The notes: generated by a model from the sequence alone, not told the origin. Shown: positions 28,293-43,864, counted from the stretch's first letter. The stretch: 64,000 nucleotides of DNA from Octopus vulgaris (GCA_951406725.2 OX597836.1:11904001-11968000), one strand, 5' to 3'. A program made the numbers and translations.

Positions 28293-28360
28293 TCTCACAC
28301 ATGCATAGACACAATCAATAACCACATCGTCATAATTGATTAGAAGTTGGCACGGAAAAG

Positions 28361-28478
<118 letters not shown>

Positions 28479-28488
28479 GTATATATAT

Positions 28489-28519
<31 letters not shown>

Positions 28520-29196
28520 GACAGACAGACAGACAGATAGATTGATAGATAGATAGAGGTATATAGACATATAAATATGTATGTATGTGTACGTATATGA
28601 TTACGTCTATCTATATATATTTCTCTGTATGAATATATCTGCATATATGCAAGCATGTAGAGTGTGTGCATGTGTATATAAATGTACGAGTGACAGCTGG
28701 GTGAAAAATAATACTAGGAAAATATAAATGTGATTTTTCAGACTACGTATAGTGCCGCAAGTACAATAGATCGGAATTACATCACATCTCAGATATCTAC
28801 TATCAAAATAATAACAAGTGAAAAAATACATAGAATAGATTTTAAAATTTACAATAAGATGAAAATAGGACCTAGGATAGAGCTGTATGAGAAATAGCTT
28901 TTCGGATTAAGCATGTAAGGCAAACGAGTTTTGTAATATATACGCGTATGTGCGTATATGTATGTGAATATATAAATCAAATAGGCCGTCTTGCATCACC
29001 CACAATATATACCCCTACACACACGTTGTTCGCCCATATATATAAACCGCCGCGCACATACATTGTACCTCTACACACACTGCATGCTAACATAAAGCTT
29101 CCCACGACCTTAACCAATACACGAAGAAAACAGACTAACGAACACAGTTATATATGCCTACACCCATGGAAAAAAAGTTATACATAGAACACGACT

Positions 29197-29581
29197 GGGA
29201 TGGAAGCACTCCGTCGGTTACGACGACGTGGGTTCCGGTTGATCCGATCAACGGAACAGCCTGCTCGTGAAATTAACGTGTAAGTGGCTGAGCACTCCAC
29301 AGACACGTGTACCCTTAACGTAGTTCTCGGGGATATTCAGCGTGACACAGAGAGTGACAAGGCCGGCCCTTTGAAATACAGGTACAACAGAAACAGGAAA
29401 TAAGAGTGAGAGAAAGTTGTGGTGAAAGAGTACAGCAGGGATCACTACCATCCCTGCCGGAGCCTCGTGGAGCTTTAGGTGTTTTCGCTCAATAAACCTC
29501 ACAACGCCCGGTCTGGGAATCGAAACCGCGATCCTACGACCGCGAGTCCGCTGCCCTAACCACTGGGCCATTGCGCCTCCC
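29197..29581 (-). mobile_element. tRNA-derived SINE family B, full length with TSD
   Basis: Head GGAGGCGCAATGGCCCAGTGG, B box GTTTCGATTCCC; TSD AGAACA(C/T)GACT at 29186-29196 and 29582-29592. Confidence 0.93.
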
Positions 29582-29985
29582 AGAACATGACTACACATAT
29601 CACACACCCTATGCCTTCAGAAGCACCACGCCTACTAACGCACACATTTCCCTCAAACACATCAAGATAACTCTTACCAGCTGTACAGAGAGTCCAACCA
29701 AGGGACATAACTCTTAACTTAATCCCCTGCTCATTTTATTTTTAACATCTTTTTCACAGCAACCGCAAACCGGATGCATCCATTCACCCCCGACAATAGA
29801 GAGCAGTCGCCATATTACTTTCCATATCGGCTAACTCTGATGCGCGTAGGTTCATATAATCGTTATATAACTCCGTTATATTTCAAGCGCGAAACCGATT
29901 GATAAGATCCACCGCGATGGATATATGATACTGTACATTTCGGATAATATATCCGCTCTATACGACTGCATACATATATATATAT

Positions 29986-30080
<95 letters not shown>

Positions 30081-30104
30081 TGTATGTATGTATGTATGTA
30101 TTCT

Positions 30105-30333
30105 TTTATTCTTCTGCGTGTTTGAGTCATTTGACTGTGGCCATGTTGGAGCACCGCATTTAAGTGGAATAAATCGACCCTCAGGACGTATTCTTCGTAA
30201 GCCTGCTACTTATTATATCGGTCTCTTTTGCCGAACCGCTAAGTAACTTTAGTGCAAGACAGTTGTCTGAGATGCCAACAGTGGAATTGAACCTAGGAAG
30301 CAAACTACTTACCACAGAATCACACCTGCGCCT
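30105..30333 (-). mobile_element. Internally deleted SINE family A
   Basis: Tail and head motifs juxtaposed. Confidence 0.7.
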
Positions 30334-30721
30334 ATAGCCTAAGCTTTTGTTATTAATCATGAAACAGTGAATAACGTATTCGAGATGTGGATTGAAGAAG
30401 GGCGTTGCTGTGCGAAGTATACATCTGAGAGGCTGCCAAAAGTTTCTGAAAGAACAAAGAAGGTAGCTAAAAGGAAGTTATTAGACATCGACGTACAAAT
30501 ATTAGGGAGGTTGAAATTCTGTCGATATGTCGCTATATCGTATAAGAACACTTTTGAAGGTCTTTGGATATGAATGAAGAATTGCAAAAAAACACGAAGC
30601 AATTTTCAACAAACATTATAATCAAAAGGTTCATCTGAACGAAATATTTCTGCAAGAAGAAACATGACATTCGGCCGACAATAAATGTTCAAATTCAAGG
30701 AAAACATATCTGTGTGGCACA

Positions 30722-30878
<157 letters not shown>

Positions 30879-31162
30879 GTATATACATATAGTCGTTATT
30901 CTATCAAATATATACATTTTATTTATTATTTTGCACATTACTTAATCATTGTTATATGTTTTATCTTATATTTAATATTTCTATAAGATGTAATTTTTCT
31001 AAATGGTATAATTTTTAATTTTCATTATTGAATTGATAAAAGTTTTTTTTTTCTAATTTATATATATATTATATTTGGCGAAATTTGATTTAGTATTTCT
31101 AAATTGAATTTTTCCCTGTAAGTTTGGAATAATATTCACTGTTATTATTATTATTGTTATTA

Positions 31163-31370
<208 letters not shown>

Positions 31371-31371
31371 C

Positions 31372-31428
<57 letters not shown>

Positions 31429-32567
31429 TGTGCATAAATATGTTTATATGTATAAATGCACACATATATATATCATGCGAATGTACGTGTCTGTGCGCGT
31501 GTGTATAAATGCATATGTATATATACGAGTATATATCATATATATGTATATATACACATATACATATTTGTGTGTGCATCTACAATATCATAAATAGATA
31601 AATATATATATATATGTGTGAGTATGTGTTTGTGTGTGTATGTAATATGTGTGTAATTGTATGTACATAAGTATGTGTGTGTAGATATACATCAATATGT
31701 ATCCACATATATAAAGGTATATATCTGTATTATGCGTATATATAAATACACACACACACACCCCAATACATGCACTTACATTGTCTCTTTGTATATCGTT
31801 TGTACGATAAATTCGTCATAACGTATTGAGTATCAGGGGACTCGGGTTTCATGCTCTCATTAGGTTATTAGTTCAAGGAAAGACAATTCTGTTATAAGTT
31901 CATTATTGACCAAGACTTAAGAGTGCGGCAATTGATATTTTATGGTGTCAAGTTCTGTACTTCACTCTTTCCGACTTGAAATCTCACCTGAGTTTCCTTT
32001 GTATTTCATCGCTTCACACTGGATATTAAATAAGATAAATAGCTGTCCCAAAATGGCGTCCGTTTATTATAGCAGTATCTTTTACAGTAACTACCGTTGT
32101 AGCTAAACAGAAATATATAAACAGAGAGAGAATAGTGCTGATTGTAAGCAAGATCTACATTACATCGGCAAATTACGTTAGCCTCTTTTACACGAGCCGA
32201 TGTTGGTGTATACGTACAAATGGGCACGCGCGAGCGTGTGTGTGCCACTGTGTATGTATTTGTGTGTGTGTGTGTGTGATGGTTTGATATAGATGAAATG
32301 GTGACCAAGATTAGGTGTGTGGTAAAAAGTCTGCTTCCCAACCACATGATTCCGGGTTCAGTCTCACTGCGTGACACCTTTCTGTATTTCTTCCTGTGTT
32401 CCTTTTTGTGCGAGAGCGTAGGGAAGAAACGTTTAAAGACTTTTTCAAGCCGTTTTTGTCCTGCTTTTCTTCGGTCAACCTATACATAACTGCACCTTCC
32501 ATTTTTTGTTGTTTTTGTACTGCTTAAAAGCACGTTTCTTTCCTGCCAAGCTTACTGTTTAAACCGT

Positions 32568-32956
32568 GGAGGTGCAATGGCCCAGTGGTTAGGGCAGCGG
32601 ACTCGCGGTCGTAGGATCGCGGTTTCGATTGCCAGACCGGGCGTTGTGAGTGTTTATTGAGCGAAAACACCTAAAAAAAGCTCCACGGGGCTCCGGCACG
32701 GGATGGTGGTGATCCCTGCTGTACTCTTTCACCCCAACTTTCTCTCACTCTTACTTCCTATTTTTGTTGTACCTGTATTTCAAGGGGCCGGCCTTGTCAC
32801 TCTCTGTGTCACGCCGAATATCCCCGAGAATTACGTTAAGGGTGCACGTGTCTGTGGAGTGCTCAGCCACTTACACGTTGATTTCACGAGCAGGCTGTTC
32901 CGTTGATTCGGATCAACCGGAACCCTCATCGTCGTAACCGACGGAGTGCTTCCATC
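32568..32956 (+). mobile_element. SINE family B, full length with TSD
   Basis: TSD ACTGTTTAAACC at 32554-32565 and 32957-32968. Confidence 0.94.
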
Positions 32957-33617
32957 ACTGTTTAAACCATGTTTGTGTTCTCCCAGTCAACAGCCTTATC
33001 ATTACTGGTACTTTAAACTCTTCGGTTGCACATTTGTTTGAATAAAATCGTTTTTCTTTGGAGTAGAAAAAAAAGTCTATCGTTATTTCTTTCTTTGCTG
33101 GTGTCTCAAATTTAGGTTAAATCAGTGTTTCTCAAAGGGGAGGCCTATGGGACGGTCGGACAAGTTTGTTTTGAGAAAATTTGGTTTAAATATTTGAAAA
33201 CTCAGCACCGTCCATTGGACGGGGTGGGAGAGGGCCTTTTGCTCGTATTTTATAAACTACACTTTACGTTTCATATTCCATATTTTCATGTGTTTATATA
33301 CTATATCATTAAATATTTCAATATTTCAGTGGTTTTATAAACGAAATAAAATAGTAACTCGTTCGGTCTTCTCCTTCTCCGCCACTATTACATTGTACCC
33401 CGTTTCCATTATTCTCTTCCACGATTTCCCATCTCGAAAGTTCCATTATATATAATCCAATATTTTTACCAGTAGCCAGTCTAGAAATACCAAAGATGAA
33501 ACAGATTAAACAGTATTGAATTTTAATCCGGAAGTATTTGTAGTTTATATTTTAATATTTATATTACTCTACTTCTCGTATCGATTTCTTTTTGCATCAT
33601 CCGGCTGTTGTTGTTGC

Positions 33618-33719
<102 letters not shown>

Positions 33720-33790
33720 CGCTTCTGTTGTTTGCACTTTGGCAAAAATAATTGCAATATTATTAAATACTAAAATAATTACTACTTACG

Positions 33791-33884
<94 letters not shown>

Positions 33885-33961
33885 AGTATATATGTATATA
33901 TGTATATATATATATATACAAATACACACATATATATACATATATACATACATTTATATGC

Positions 33962-33994
<33 letters not shown>

Positions 33995-34240
33995 CATATA
34001 TATGCATACATATACATACATACATATATATATTTATATATATTTATAAACACACATATATATATATATATTATATATATATATATATATACATTATATT
34101 CGCTTATATTCATATGCACACATATTTAAATATATCGGTATGAGTGTGTGTATATGTACGCATGTGTGTGTGTACTGTGTATGTATGTGTATATATTATA
34201 TATATCATAAATATTTATATGTATATATTATATATATATT

Positions 34241-34302
<62 letters not shown>

Positions 34303-35132
34303 GCATATCATACCTACGATATACATATAATATAATGTCTATACATATATGTACAAATGTAAAGATATATAAATATATACGTACACACGCTGTCACACAC
34401 ATGCAAGTACACATAGACGTGCTTACACGCACACATGTATATATACACCCGTATGTATGCATACACATACACACACACTCACACAATCAAACACACACAC
34501 ATACTCACACACACACACACACACTCATACACACACACACAGAGTCACACATATTCATATTCATGGTTGAATTCCAAATGCACTTTTACTACCGTTTTGA
34601 TAAAACGTTAAAACGAAATCTAATAATAAAAATATATCTGCTGTATTCAATGGCTCAGGCAGACGACTTGCAGAGTAGTTACATCGCTAGGCAAAATACT
34701 TTGAGTCTTTAGTTCCAAACCGTTCGATTCTCTGAGATCAAATCCCCATGACGGTGAATTTCGCTTCGTTTTTTTGTTATTTTTTTTTTGTTTTTTGTTT
34801 ATCAGTTCGTGTCGATGAGTAAAATACCAGATAAGTACAGGTTTCGATGTTTTTCTCTCTCTTTCTCTCTCTGTTTCTTTACGGAGAGAAGATTTCAAGA
34901 AACATCACTCACACAGTGTTCTAGAATCTTCTCCGACAACCATCACACACACACACGCACACACCGACACACACACACACAAATAAAAACCTGATATGTG
35001 ACTAGAACCGTCCAAGGACGAGACTACCTGCTCTACAGCACTGAACAGAAAAAAAACCAGGACATACAAGCACACACACACACAACATACACACACACTT
35101 ATACACGCTCAAACACACCAACGCACACACTC

Positions 35133-35181
<49 letters not shown>

Positions 35182-35320
35182 GATAATGTGTGCATATGTG
35201 TGTGTGTGTGTGTGGATGTGTGTGTGTGTGTAATATATATGCACACATATATATGCAAATATACAAAGCGTAAGAATGTATGGTATGTATATGTACTTAT
35301 ATAAATATATATACATGCAG

Positions 35321-35353
<33 letters not shown>

Positions 35354-35490
35354 CATGTAGAAAGAGGGAGAGAAAGCGCGAGAGAGAAAGAAAGGGGTAA
35401 ATAAGAGATCAATTATGTGTATATATATATATATACACACACACAAATATGAATATATACGCACACAGACAGACAATGAAATAAATTGTA

Positions 35491-35533
<43 letters not shown>

Positions 35534-35718
35534 GTATGTATACACACACACACACACATACACACATACACACACGGACATATATAATTATATATCTATA
35601 TGTCGTTCCATCTTCCAATCTTTAATAGAAGTGAAATGTGAACAAGTTCACCATTTATTGCTTCATATATATAAATATATATATATATACATTTATATAT
35701 ATATATATACATTTATAT

Positions 35719-35849
<131 letters not shown>

Positions 35850-35869
35850 TATATACATATATATATATA

Positions 35870-35972
35870 ATGTATGTATATGTGTGTGTATGTATGTATG
35901 TATGCATGTATGTATGTATGTATGTATGTATGTATGTATGTATGTATGTATGTATGTATGTATGTATGTATG

Positions 35973-36006
<34 letters not shown>

Positions 36007-36425
36007 TGCATGCATGCATGTATGTATGTATGTATGTATGTATGTATGTATGTATGTATGTATGTATGTATGTATGTACGTACGTATGTATGTATGTATG
36101 TATGCATGTATGTATGTATGTATGCATGCATGCATGTATGTATGTATGTATGCATATATGTATGTATGCATGTATGTATGTATGTATGTATGTATGTATG
36201 TATGTATGTATGTATGTATGTATGTATGTATGTATGTATGTATGTATGTATGTATGTATGTATGTATGTATGTACGTATGTATATATAAATGTATGTATG
36301 TATGTATGTATGTATGTATGTATGTATGTATGTATGTATGTATGTATGTATGTATGTATGTATGTATGTATGTATGTATGTATGTATGTATGTATGTATG
36401 TATGTATGTATGTATGTATGTATGT
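35870..36425. repeat. (TATG)n microsatellite
   Basis: Direct reading. Confidence 0.98.
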
Positions 36426-36749
36426 GTGTATTCAACCTAGATTTTAATCTCGAGTTTAAAAAACTGCGACGGAGATGTTTCAGCTATCATCTTTCCCAAT
36501 AATGAAATATATTAATCTCACCGATAAGAGAGAGAGAAAAAGAAACTCAGACATCTTTCTCGCACTCTCCCTCTTCCTCTTCCTCTTCCTCCCATTGTCT
36601 TCCCCTCTTGTCTCTATCTGTCAGTCTGCCTCTCTGCCTGTCTGTCAGTGTATAGGCCTTTTCTCTCGCCCTCTTCTCTCTTCCCCTCCTCTCTATCTTG
36701 GTATTCATATATATATATGTATATATATATGTGTATAAGTTTACATCTA

Positions 36750-36817
<68 letters not shown>

Positions 36818-36834
36818 GACATATATATAAAAAC

Positions 36835-36876
<42 letters not shown>

Positions 36877-36884
36877 TAACAAAA

Positions 36885-37570
36885 TAATAAATAAGACATG
36901 CATATATACATACGTATATGTACGTACCTACATCTATATGTATATACACATGCATATATGGGTACAGGACACCGAAAAAACGTCGAACACAATGAGAAAC
37001 GAAAACATAAAAACAAAACCAATGAAACGGACATTTTTTCAAACAACGAAAAAACAGAGTACAAGACATACAAGGAAAATTCCCCTTCTTCAGCCGCCCC
37101 TGCTTCGTCTACTCCGTGTTTTGAAGGTAAGGGCGAGACGCGACTTCGTTGAAACAGTCCTTCCCGCAAAGCTAATTAAATAAACTTTTTTGCGGCGGGG
37201 TAAAAGTGGTAACAAGAACAGGACAGTAAAAGCAAAACAAGATAGTAAAATTACAAATAAAAACAGTAAAAGACAGGACAAGGAGAATAACAGTAACAAA
37301 AACGGTAAGGGCTGTTAAGCCTGAACGAAGGAAAAATTATTTCGAACGCTAGGAGAACAACGGCTTAAGAAAGGGGCAGGAAGCCGTCTACACTTGTTGA
37401 AGGTAGTAGTCAGAAAGACAGTGGCCCTCTGGTCACATGTCAGCGACGAGAGGGGTGAGGAGGAGAAAGAGAAAGGGAGAGAAAATAGGGAAGGGTGGTA
37501 GAGAAAACCAGAAAGAATGAAGAATGAGAGAGGGAGAGGGACAGTAAGGTTAAGAGTGCGCATTATTATT
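36885..37570. mobile_element. Second copy of the 10321-11246 element
   Basis: Shared CGTCGAACACAATGAGAA, CCCCTTCTTCAG, AGACAGGACAAGGA, AAGGTTAAGAGTGCGC. Confidence 0.8.
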
Positions 37571-37934
37571 ATTAAGATAAAACTTACTTGGAAGTGGATG
37601 AGTGGCGTTGAAAAAAAAGCCGCAATAATTATGCACAAACCCAATATACTTAAATATAATTCAACGGTCCTTGGACGTTATTTAAATATGCTGATCACTG
37701 GTTGTAATTGATATTTATATACAAAGAGAGAGAGAAGAAAATTGAGAGATTTCATTAGTTGACAGCTGTTTCATAATATCTGTAGTTACATAAGTAACAA
37801 TATAAATATTGATGTGTGCGTATGTGTGCACATTGCTAATTTTTTTGCATATGTAATGTATGTATATATTGTTGTAGTTATATATGTATAAGCATTGTGT
37901 GTGTGAATGTGTGTGTGTATGTGCGTGTGTATAT

Positions 37935-38115
37935 GTGGCTTTGTGTCTGTGTTTGTCTCCTTCAACACTTCACAACCGGTGTTGCTGTGTTTACGGCCTT
38001 GCAAAAAAAGCCCAATAGAACAAGCACTGGGCATCAAAAACAAAAAGTTAAGAACTAAGGGAGATTCGTTCGATTAAAATTCTTCAAGGCGATGTCCAAA
38101 CATGGCTGCAGTCCA
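37935..38115 (+). mobile_element. Diverged SINE family A 3' half
   Basis: TGTGTCTGTGTTTGTC...CATGGCTGCAGTC. Confidence 0.65.
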
Positions 38116-38117
38116 AG

Positions 38118-38402
38118 AGAATTTCGAACCATTATTCAACATTCAGGGATAGTAAAAAACGACATAGTACAGGGCTAAGTAAATTAGTTTGGCGTCTTAA
38201 AGACAACAATATAAATTTCAAGTTAGATTGGTTCACACTGTCTGTATCCTTTCCTTTTGGTAAGGGCAGGAGATTTTGTAACATTTGCAACTCTGAACTC
38301 TTCCATATTCTCTTATCTAAGGTTCCCCTAGTAAACACACTCATAGAAAAATCATACAAATGTAAACACTGGCAGAAACATACTTTCTACTCATATAAAT
38401 GA
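38118..38402 (+). pseudogene. Penelope-like element GIY-YIG endonuclease C-terminal fragment (94 open codons, no start codon)
   Basis: Hand translation RISNHYSTFRDSKKRHSTGLSKLVWRLKDNNINFKLDW...RFCNICNSELFHIL...LVNTLIE..YKCKH...*; fits the recalled PLE pattern NH..F...ST.LSK..W.LK...W...CxxC..E...N...CxH. Confidence 0.82.
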
Positions 38403-38675
38403 TAACGATAGTCACTGTGGTTTGAACAATTAGCTTTACGTCCACCCCACTTCTATAGCGAAATTCTTTCCTAAGCCTTCGAACATTCTTTCAATCAACG
38501 TACCTTTCCCTCTCCACTTGTTTCCTACTTATTATTCCTTTAACCCTTCTCTTCCTACTATCTATCTTTGACGTCAATTCTTCTAACGTTTTTTTTTAAA
38601 AACACTCATTATCGTTTAGTTTACCATGTAGGCAGTCATCGAAATTTTTGTTTGTCTTGTTGTCGAGAGAGGCTC

Positions 38676-38768
38676 CCTTTCTTTCCTGATGAGAAGATTG
38701 CATAATGCACCCTTTATTCCTTTGGAATGAAAACATGTTGTCTTCGAAACATATGTCGAGAGTAAAGG
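38676..38768 (+). ncRNA. Canonical type I hammerhead ribozyme in PLE pseudo-LTR
   Basis: CCTTTCTTTC-CTGATGA-GAAGA..TCTTC-GAAA-CATATG-TC-GAGAG-T-AAAGG; intact core, GUC triplet, predicted cut after 38757. Confidence 0.85.
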
Positions 38769-38804
38769 AATTTTGTTAACATCTTCGTTCGACTCCATTC
38801 TTTC

Positions 38805-38861
<57 letters not shown>

Positions 38862-38964
38862 TATATATATGTATGCATGTATATATATATATATATATAT
38901 ACATATATATGCACCAATATATCTATACACATATACTTACATATATCCGTATGTATATGATATG

Positions 38965-39002
<38 letters not shown>

Positions 39003-39206
39003 ATATACACACACACCTACATAAAGTATATCTATAGTTATCTATAAATGTGTATGTGTGTGTGTGCGTGCGTGTGTGTGTGTGTATTTGTCTCCAAGCT
39101 TTTTCTGTAACACATAATATACGCCTGAAAATATGTACAATAATAGGCATATTGACAGAGTGTCTGAGTGTGTGTGTATATGCGTGTGCTGTGTGTGTGT
39201 GTGTGC

Positions 39207-39246
<40 letters not shown>

Positions 39247-39409
39247 GTGTGTGTTTATGGTGTTGCTTTTATCACTGTCTGCAAAATCGATAAATATTCT
39301 GCTAAAAATCAACTTGTCAACCTGAAACGAGCAGTTTTAGCTCTAAGCCACGCAACAACAGTAACAACAATATGAGATGTAATAATAACCGTTATAACAA
39401 TAAACAATA

Positions 39410-40038
39410 GTATAGGTAGTGGTGGTGGTGGTGGCTGTGGTGGTGGTGGTGGTAGTGGTAATAGTAGTAGTTGTGGTAGTGGTGGTAGTTGTAGTGGTAT
39501 TGGTGTTGGTCGTGGTTGTCGCAATAGTAGAATAGTAGTAGTGGTAGTTGAGGTGGTGGTGGTGGTGGTGGTGGTGGTAGTAGTAGTAGTAGTAGTCATC
39601 GTCAACATTACATCGTCACCATCACCATCATCGTCATCATCGTTATCGTCACCCTTGTCATTGTCGTCGTCGTTGCTTTAATCATCATCATCGTCATCAT
39701 CATCATCATTGACGTCATCATCATCGTTATCATCGTCATCATCGTTATCATCATCATCGTCATCGTCGTCATCGTCGTTATCATCATCATCATCATCATC
39801 GTCATCGTCGTTATCACCGTCATCATCGTTATCATCGTCATCATTGTCATCATCGTCATCATCGTCATCATCGTCATCATCATCATCATCATCATCACCA
39901 TCGCCGTCGTCACCATCACCAACGTTATCATCGCCATCAAGAACATCTTTATGAGGACTTCTTTATAAATATTTTCAATACCATCGCAGTCAGCACCATC
40001 ATCACCACAATTCTCATCAACATCATCATCATCATCAA

Positions 40039-40075
<37 letters not shown>
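39410..40075. repeat. Degenerate (GTG/GTA)n then (CAT/CGT)n trinucleotide tracts
   Basis: Direct reading. Confidence 0.9.
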
Positions 40076-40077
<2 letters not shown>

Positions 40078-40502
40078 TGTCACCTAAAACCACACATCAA
40101 CCTCACCACCACCACCACCACCATTACAACTGCCTTCAACTTTCTTCCCTTCTTCCACAATTCCCACTGCCACCACCGCAACCATTGCCAACATCGTGTC
40201 TTGAATCTCCATTGAGTGGCAGATTCATTATACTTCGGTGGGGGGTGGGGGGACTATTTCATACTTAAATACTTCATAGCAATAATAATTAAAAGTTAAT
40301 TGGACAGTCGTTGTTAATTTAATTATTTTGTAATAATACACATGATAAAAATCTTACAAAATTCCATCGACGTATACGTGCCTATCTCTATCTTACTTGG
40401 ATCTCTTCAGTGCTCTGCTGAATCTCAGATTAGTTATGATATGGATTTTTTATATATATATATATAAGAAAGATACTGAAAGAGAAGGAGAGAGAGAGAG
40501 AC

Positions 40503-40551
<49 letters not shown>

Positions 40552-40950
40552 TAGGGAGATATTGAGAAAAAGTTAAGAGGATAGTAGAGGAAGAGAGACA
40601 GCAGATAAGGCAACCCAAAAGTGTCACATAATTTCTTTTTTACTTTCACTCTCTTTCTCCTTCTTCCTCTCTCTTTCTCTTTCTGTCTGTCTCTCTCTCT
40701 CTCTGTCTCTCTCTCTCTCTCTCTCTATCAAAAGAGGTAGTCGTTAAAACAGACAGCCAGGAAAATAGATAGATAGATAGATAGATAAATAAATAGATAG
40801 ATAGATAGATACATACATACATACATACTTACATACATACTTACATACATGCATTCATACATACATACATACATACATACATACATACATACATACATAC
40901 ATACATACATACATACATACATACATACATGTTGTTATTATTATTATTAT

Positions 40951-41500
40951 TGAGCGAGTGAGAGAGCAGTGCATGCCATCAAAGTGACACTGGGGTACAG
41001 ATATACGAAGCCCAGTATACCCATCATGCCTACCTGTCTGATAAGGGTACACCAGGCACATGCATCACAACCATATGGTGATCTCATATCAAGATAAACA
41101 GCGCATGACCTTGTAGGTGGGCCCCAGTTAGAATTTTCTTCAGGTCGAGTAGCCCATCCCACTCGAAAGGTCCCTGAATAAGGGTTGTTTAAGGATGTTG
41201 AACGAAACACCCATGTTTCCAGAGGTGAATTATTCAAACCCCAAAGAATCACTCTCAACACATGGCTATGATGCTCCCCCACTACTTCTGCTCGTGATCA
41301 GAGATGCACATATCGTCAGCCACTAAGGGACATGCTCAACTGGTTAAGGTCAAACAACTGACAAGCAAATCTGTGGTATTGAGCAGAATATTTTCTGTAG
41401 CCCATCTTTTATACCAAGACAAAACAATGTACATGATAACACTTCCAATCAGTTAAGATCAGAAGCCATGAGAGCCACTGCCTGGTAATGCGTCAGGGCA
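40951..41500 (-). mobile_element. (TAA)n-embedded ~550-bp non-coding element, copy 1
   Basis: Highly similar to copies 2 and 3, flanked by TTA repeats; strand inferred. Confidence 0.85.
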
Positions 41501-41515
41501 TTATTATTATTATTA

Positions 41516-41589
41516 TTCAGTAGTTTTATTTTTATTTTTATAGCGTGCTTTCACTTCACTACCGAGCGCAGCTCTGTGTGCCTTGGGTA

Positions 41590-41590
<1 letters not shown>
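41516..41590 (-). mobile_element. Short 3'-end fragment of a (TAA)n-tailed LINE
   Basis: Minus strand CCCAAGGCAC...GCTCGG...AAAATAAAACTACTG(AAT)n. Confidence 0.45.
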
Positions 41591-41631
<41 letters not shown>

Positions 41632-41632
<1 letters not shown>

Positions 41633-42186
41633 GAGTGAGAGAGCAGTGCATGCCATCAAAGTGACACTGGGGTAAAATATACGAAGCCCAGTATACCTAT
41701 CATGACTACCCGTCTGATAAAGGTACACCAGGCACATGCATCACAACCATATGTGCGCGACATGGTGATCTCATATCAAGATAAACAGCACATGACCTTG
41801 CAGGTGGGGCCCAGTTAAAATTTTCTTCAGGTCGAGTAGCCCATCCCGCTCAAAAGGTCCCCGAATAAGGATTGTTTAAGGATGTTGAACGAAACATTCA
41901 GGTTTCCAAAGGTGAATTATTTCCAGCCCTAAAGAATCCCTCTCAACACATGGCTATGATGCTCCCCCACTACTTCTGCTCATGATCAGAGATGCACATA
42001 TCGTCAGCCACTAAGAGACATGCTCAACTGGTTAAGGTCAAACAACTGACAAGCAAATCTGTGGTATTGAGCAGAATATTTGCTGTAGCCCATCTTTTAT
42101 ACCAAGACAAAACAATGTACATGATAACACTTCCAATCAGTTAAGATCAGATGCCATGAGAACTAGTTTGGTAATGCGTCAGGGCA
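41632..42186 (-). mobile_element. (TAA)n-embedded element, copy 2
   Basis: Same termini as copy 1. Confidence 0.85.
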
Positions 42187-42238
42187 TTTACTATTATTAT
42201 TATTAACATTATTATTATTATTATTATCATCATCATCA

Positions 42239-42359
<121 letters not shown>

Positions 42360-42479
42360 CATTATTATTATTATTATTAACATTATTATTATTATTATCA
42401 TTATTATTATTATTATTATCATTATTATTATCATTATTATTATTATTATTATTGTTGTTGTTATTATTATTATTATTAT

Positions 42480-43011
42480 TGAGTGAGCGAGCAGTGCATG
42501 CCATCAAAGTGACACTGGGGTACAGATATACGAAGCCCAGTATACCCATCATGACTACCCGTCTGATAAGGGCACACCAGGCACATGCATCACAACCATA
42601 TGTGCGCGAAATGGTGATCTCATATCAAGATAAACAGCACATGACCTTGCAGGTGGAGCCCAGTTAGAATTTTCTTCAGATCGAGTAACCCATCCCGCTC
42701 AAAAGATCCCTGAATAAGGGTTGTTTAAGGACGTTGAACGAAACACCCATGTTTCCAGAGGTGAATTATTCAAACCCCAAAGAATCCTTCTCAACACATG
42801 GCTATGATGCTCCCCCACTACTTCTGCTCGTGATCAGAGATGCACATATCGTCAGCCACTAAGGGACATGCTCAACTGGTTAAGGTCAAACAACTGACAA
42901 GCAAATCTGTGGTATTGAGCAGAATATTTGCTGTAGCCCATCTTTTATACCAAGACAAAACAATGTACATGATAACACTTCCAATCAGTTAAGATCAGAA
43001 GCCATGAGAGC

Positions 43012-43013
<2 letters not shown>
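42480..43013 (-). mobile_element. (TAA)n-embedded element, copy 3, ~23 bp shorter at the right end
   Basis: Ends at GAGAGCCA|TTATTA. Confidence 0.85.
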
Positions 43014-43051
<38 letters not shown>

Positions 43052-43558
43052 GATGTTGTTGTTGTTTTTTTTATATTGTTGTTATCATTGCTGTTCTTCT
43101 CATGTTCTTCTTGTCGTTGTTATTTTAACTCTTGCTGTTGCTAATATCGTTGTTGCTGTTGTTACGGACGCCATTTTGCCGTTCATTGTTATTCTCGTCA
43201 TGTGGTTGTTGTTGTTGCTGCTGCTGCTGCTGCTGTTGTTGTTGTTGTTGTTTTTGTTGTTGTTGTTGTTGTTGTTGCTGTTGTTGCCTTGCCGTGTCGC
43301 TGTTTGATGTTCCAGTAATTTCGAAGATATGTGCTCTTTTGTCTTTGGAGTCGTATTTATTGATGTCATTGGGAGTTGGGTAGCGTTTGTTGTGGTGGTA
43401 GTGATAATGAAGAACATGGTTTTGGTAGTAGTTGTGGATGTAGTAGTGTTGGAGGTAATGTTAGCTACTGGCGATATAGTAGTTGCGGTGATGGTGGTGG
43501 CGGAGATGGAAGGTGTAGTTTTTACTTTTCACTCTTAAAGCTGCTGCTACTGCTGCTG

Positions 43559-43616
<58 letters not shown>

Positions 43617-43864
43617 CACTGCCGCTGCTGCTGTTGCAGTTATAGTTGCCTTGTTGTTACTTTTATTCTTCATATTGCATCGTCCTTCATTAACCATCAA
43701 AACCTATGTGTATAGTAAAGAAAAAAGCAAAAAAGAGCAACAACAAAAAGAGCACTCTTAAAGATCAAAGCTTCTGTTATAACACACCTTTACAGCTGCA
43801 CTGTACCGCGTGCACCTTTCTCCGGAACACATAGCACTAACACTGAAACATTACAGCTAAATTC

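Noticed and set aside
32568-32640. tRNA genes
   Set aside because: tRNA-like heads continue into SINE bodies bounded by TSDs
33123-33150. hAT/Charlie-like termini CAGTGTTTCTCAA (also ~53933, and reverse CAGGGGTTCTCAAC ~17921)
   Set aside because: Single ends with no partner TIR or TSD; too little to call
39608-40093. Acidic/Met-rich 161-aa ORF
   Set aside because: Degenerate (GAT)n microsatellite
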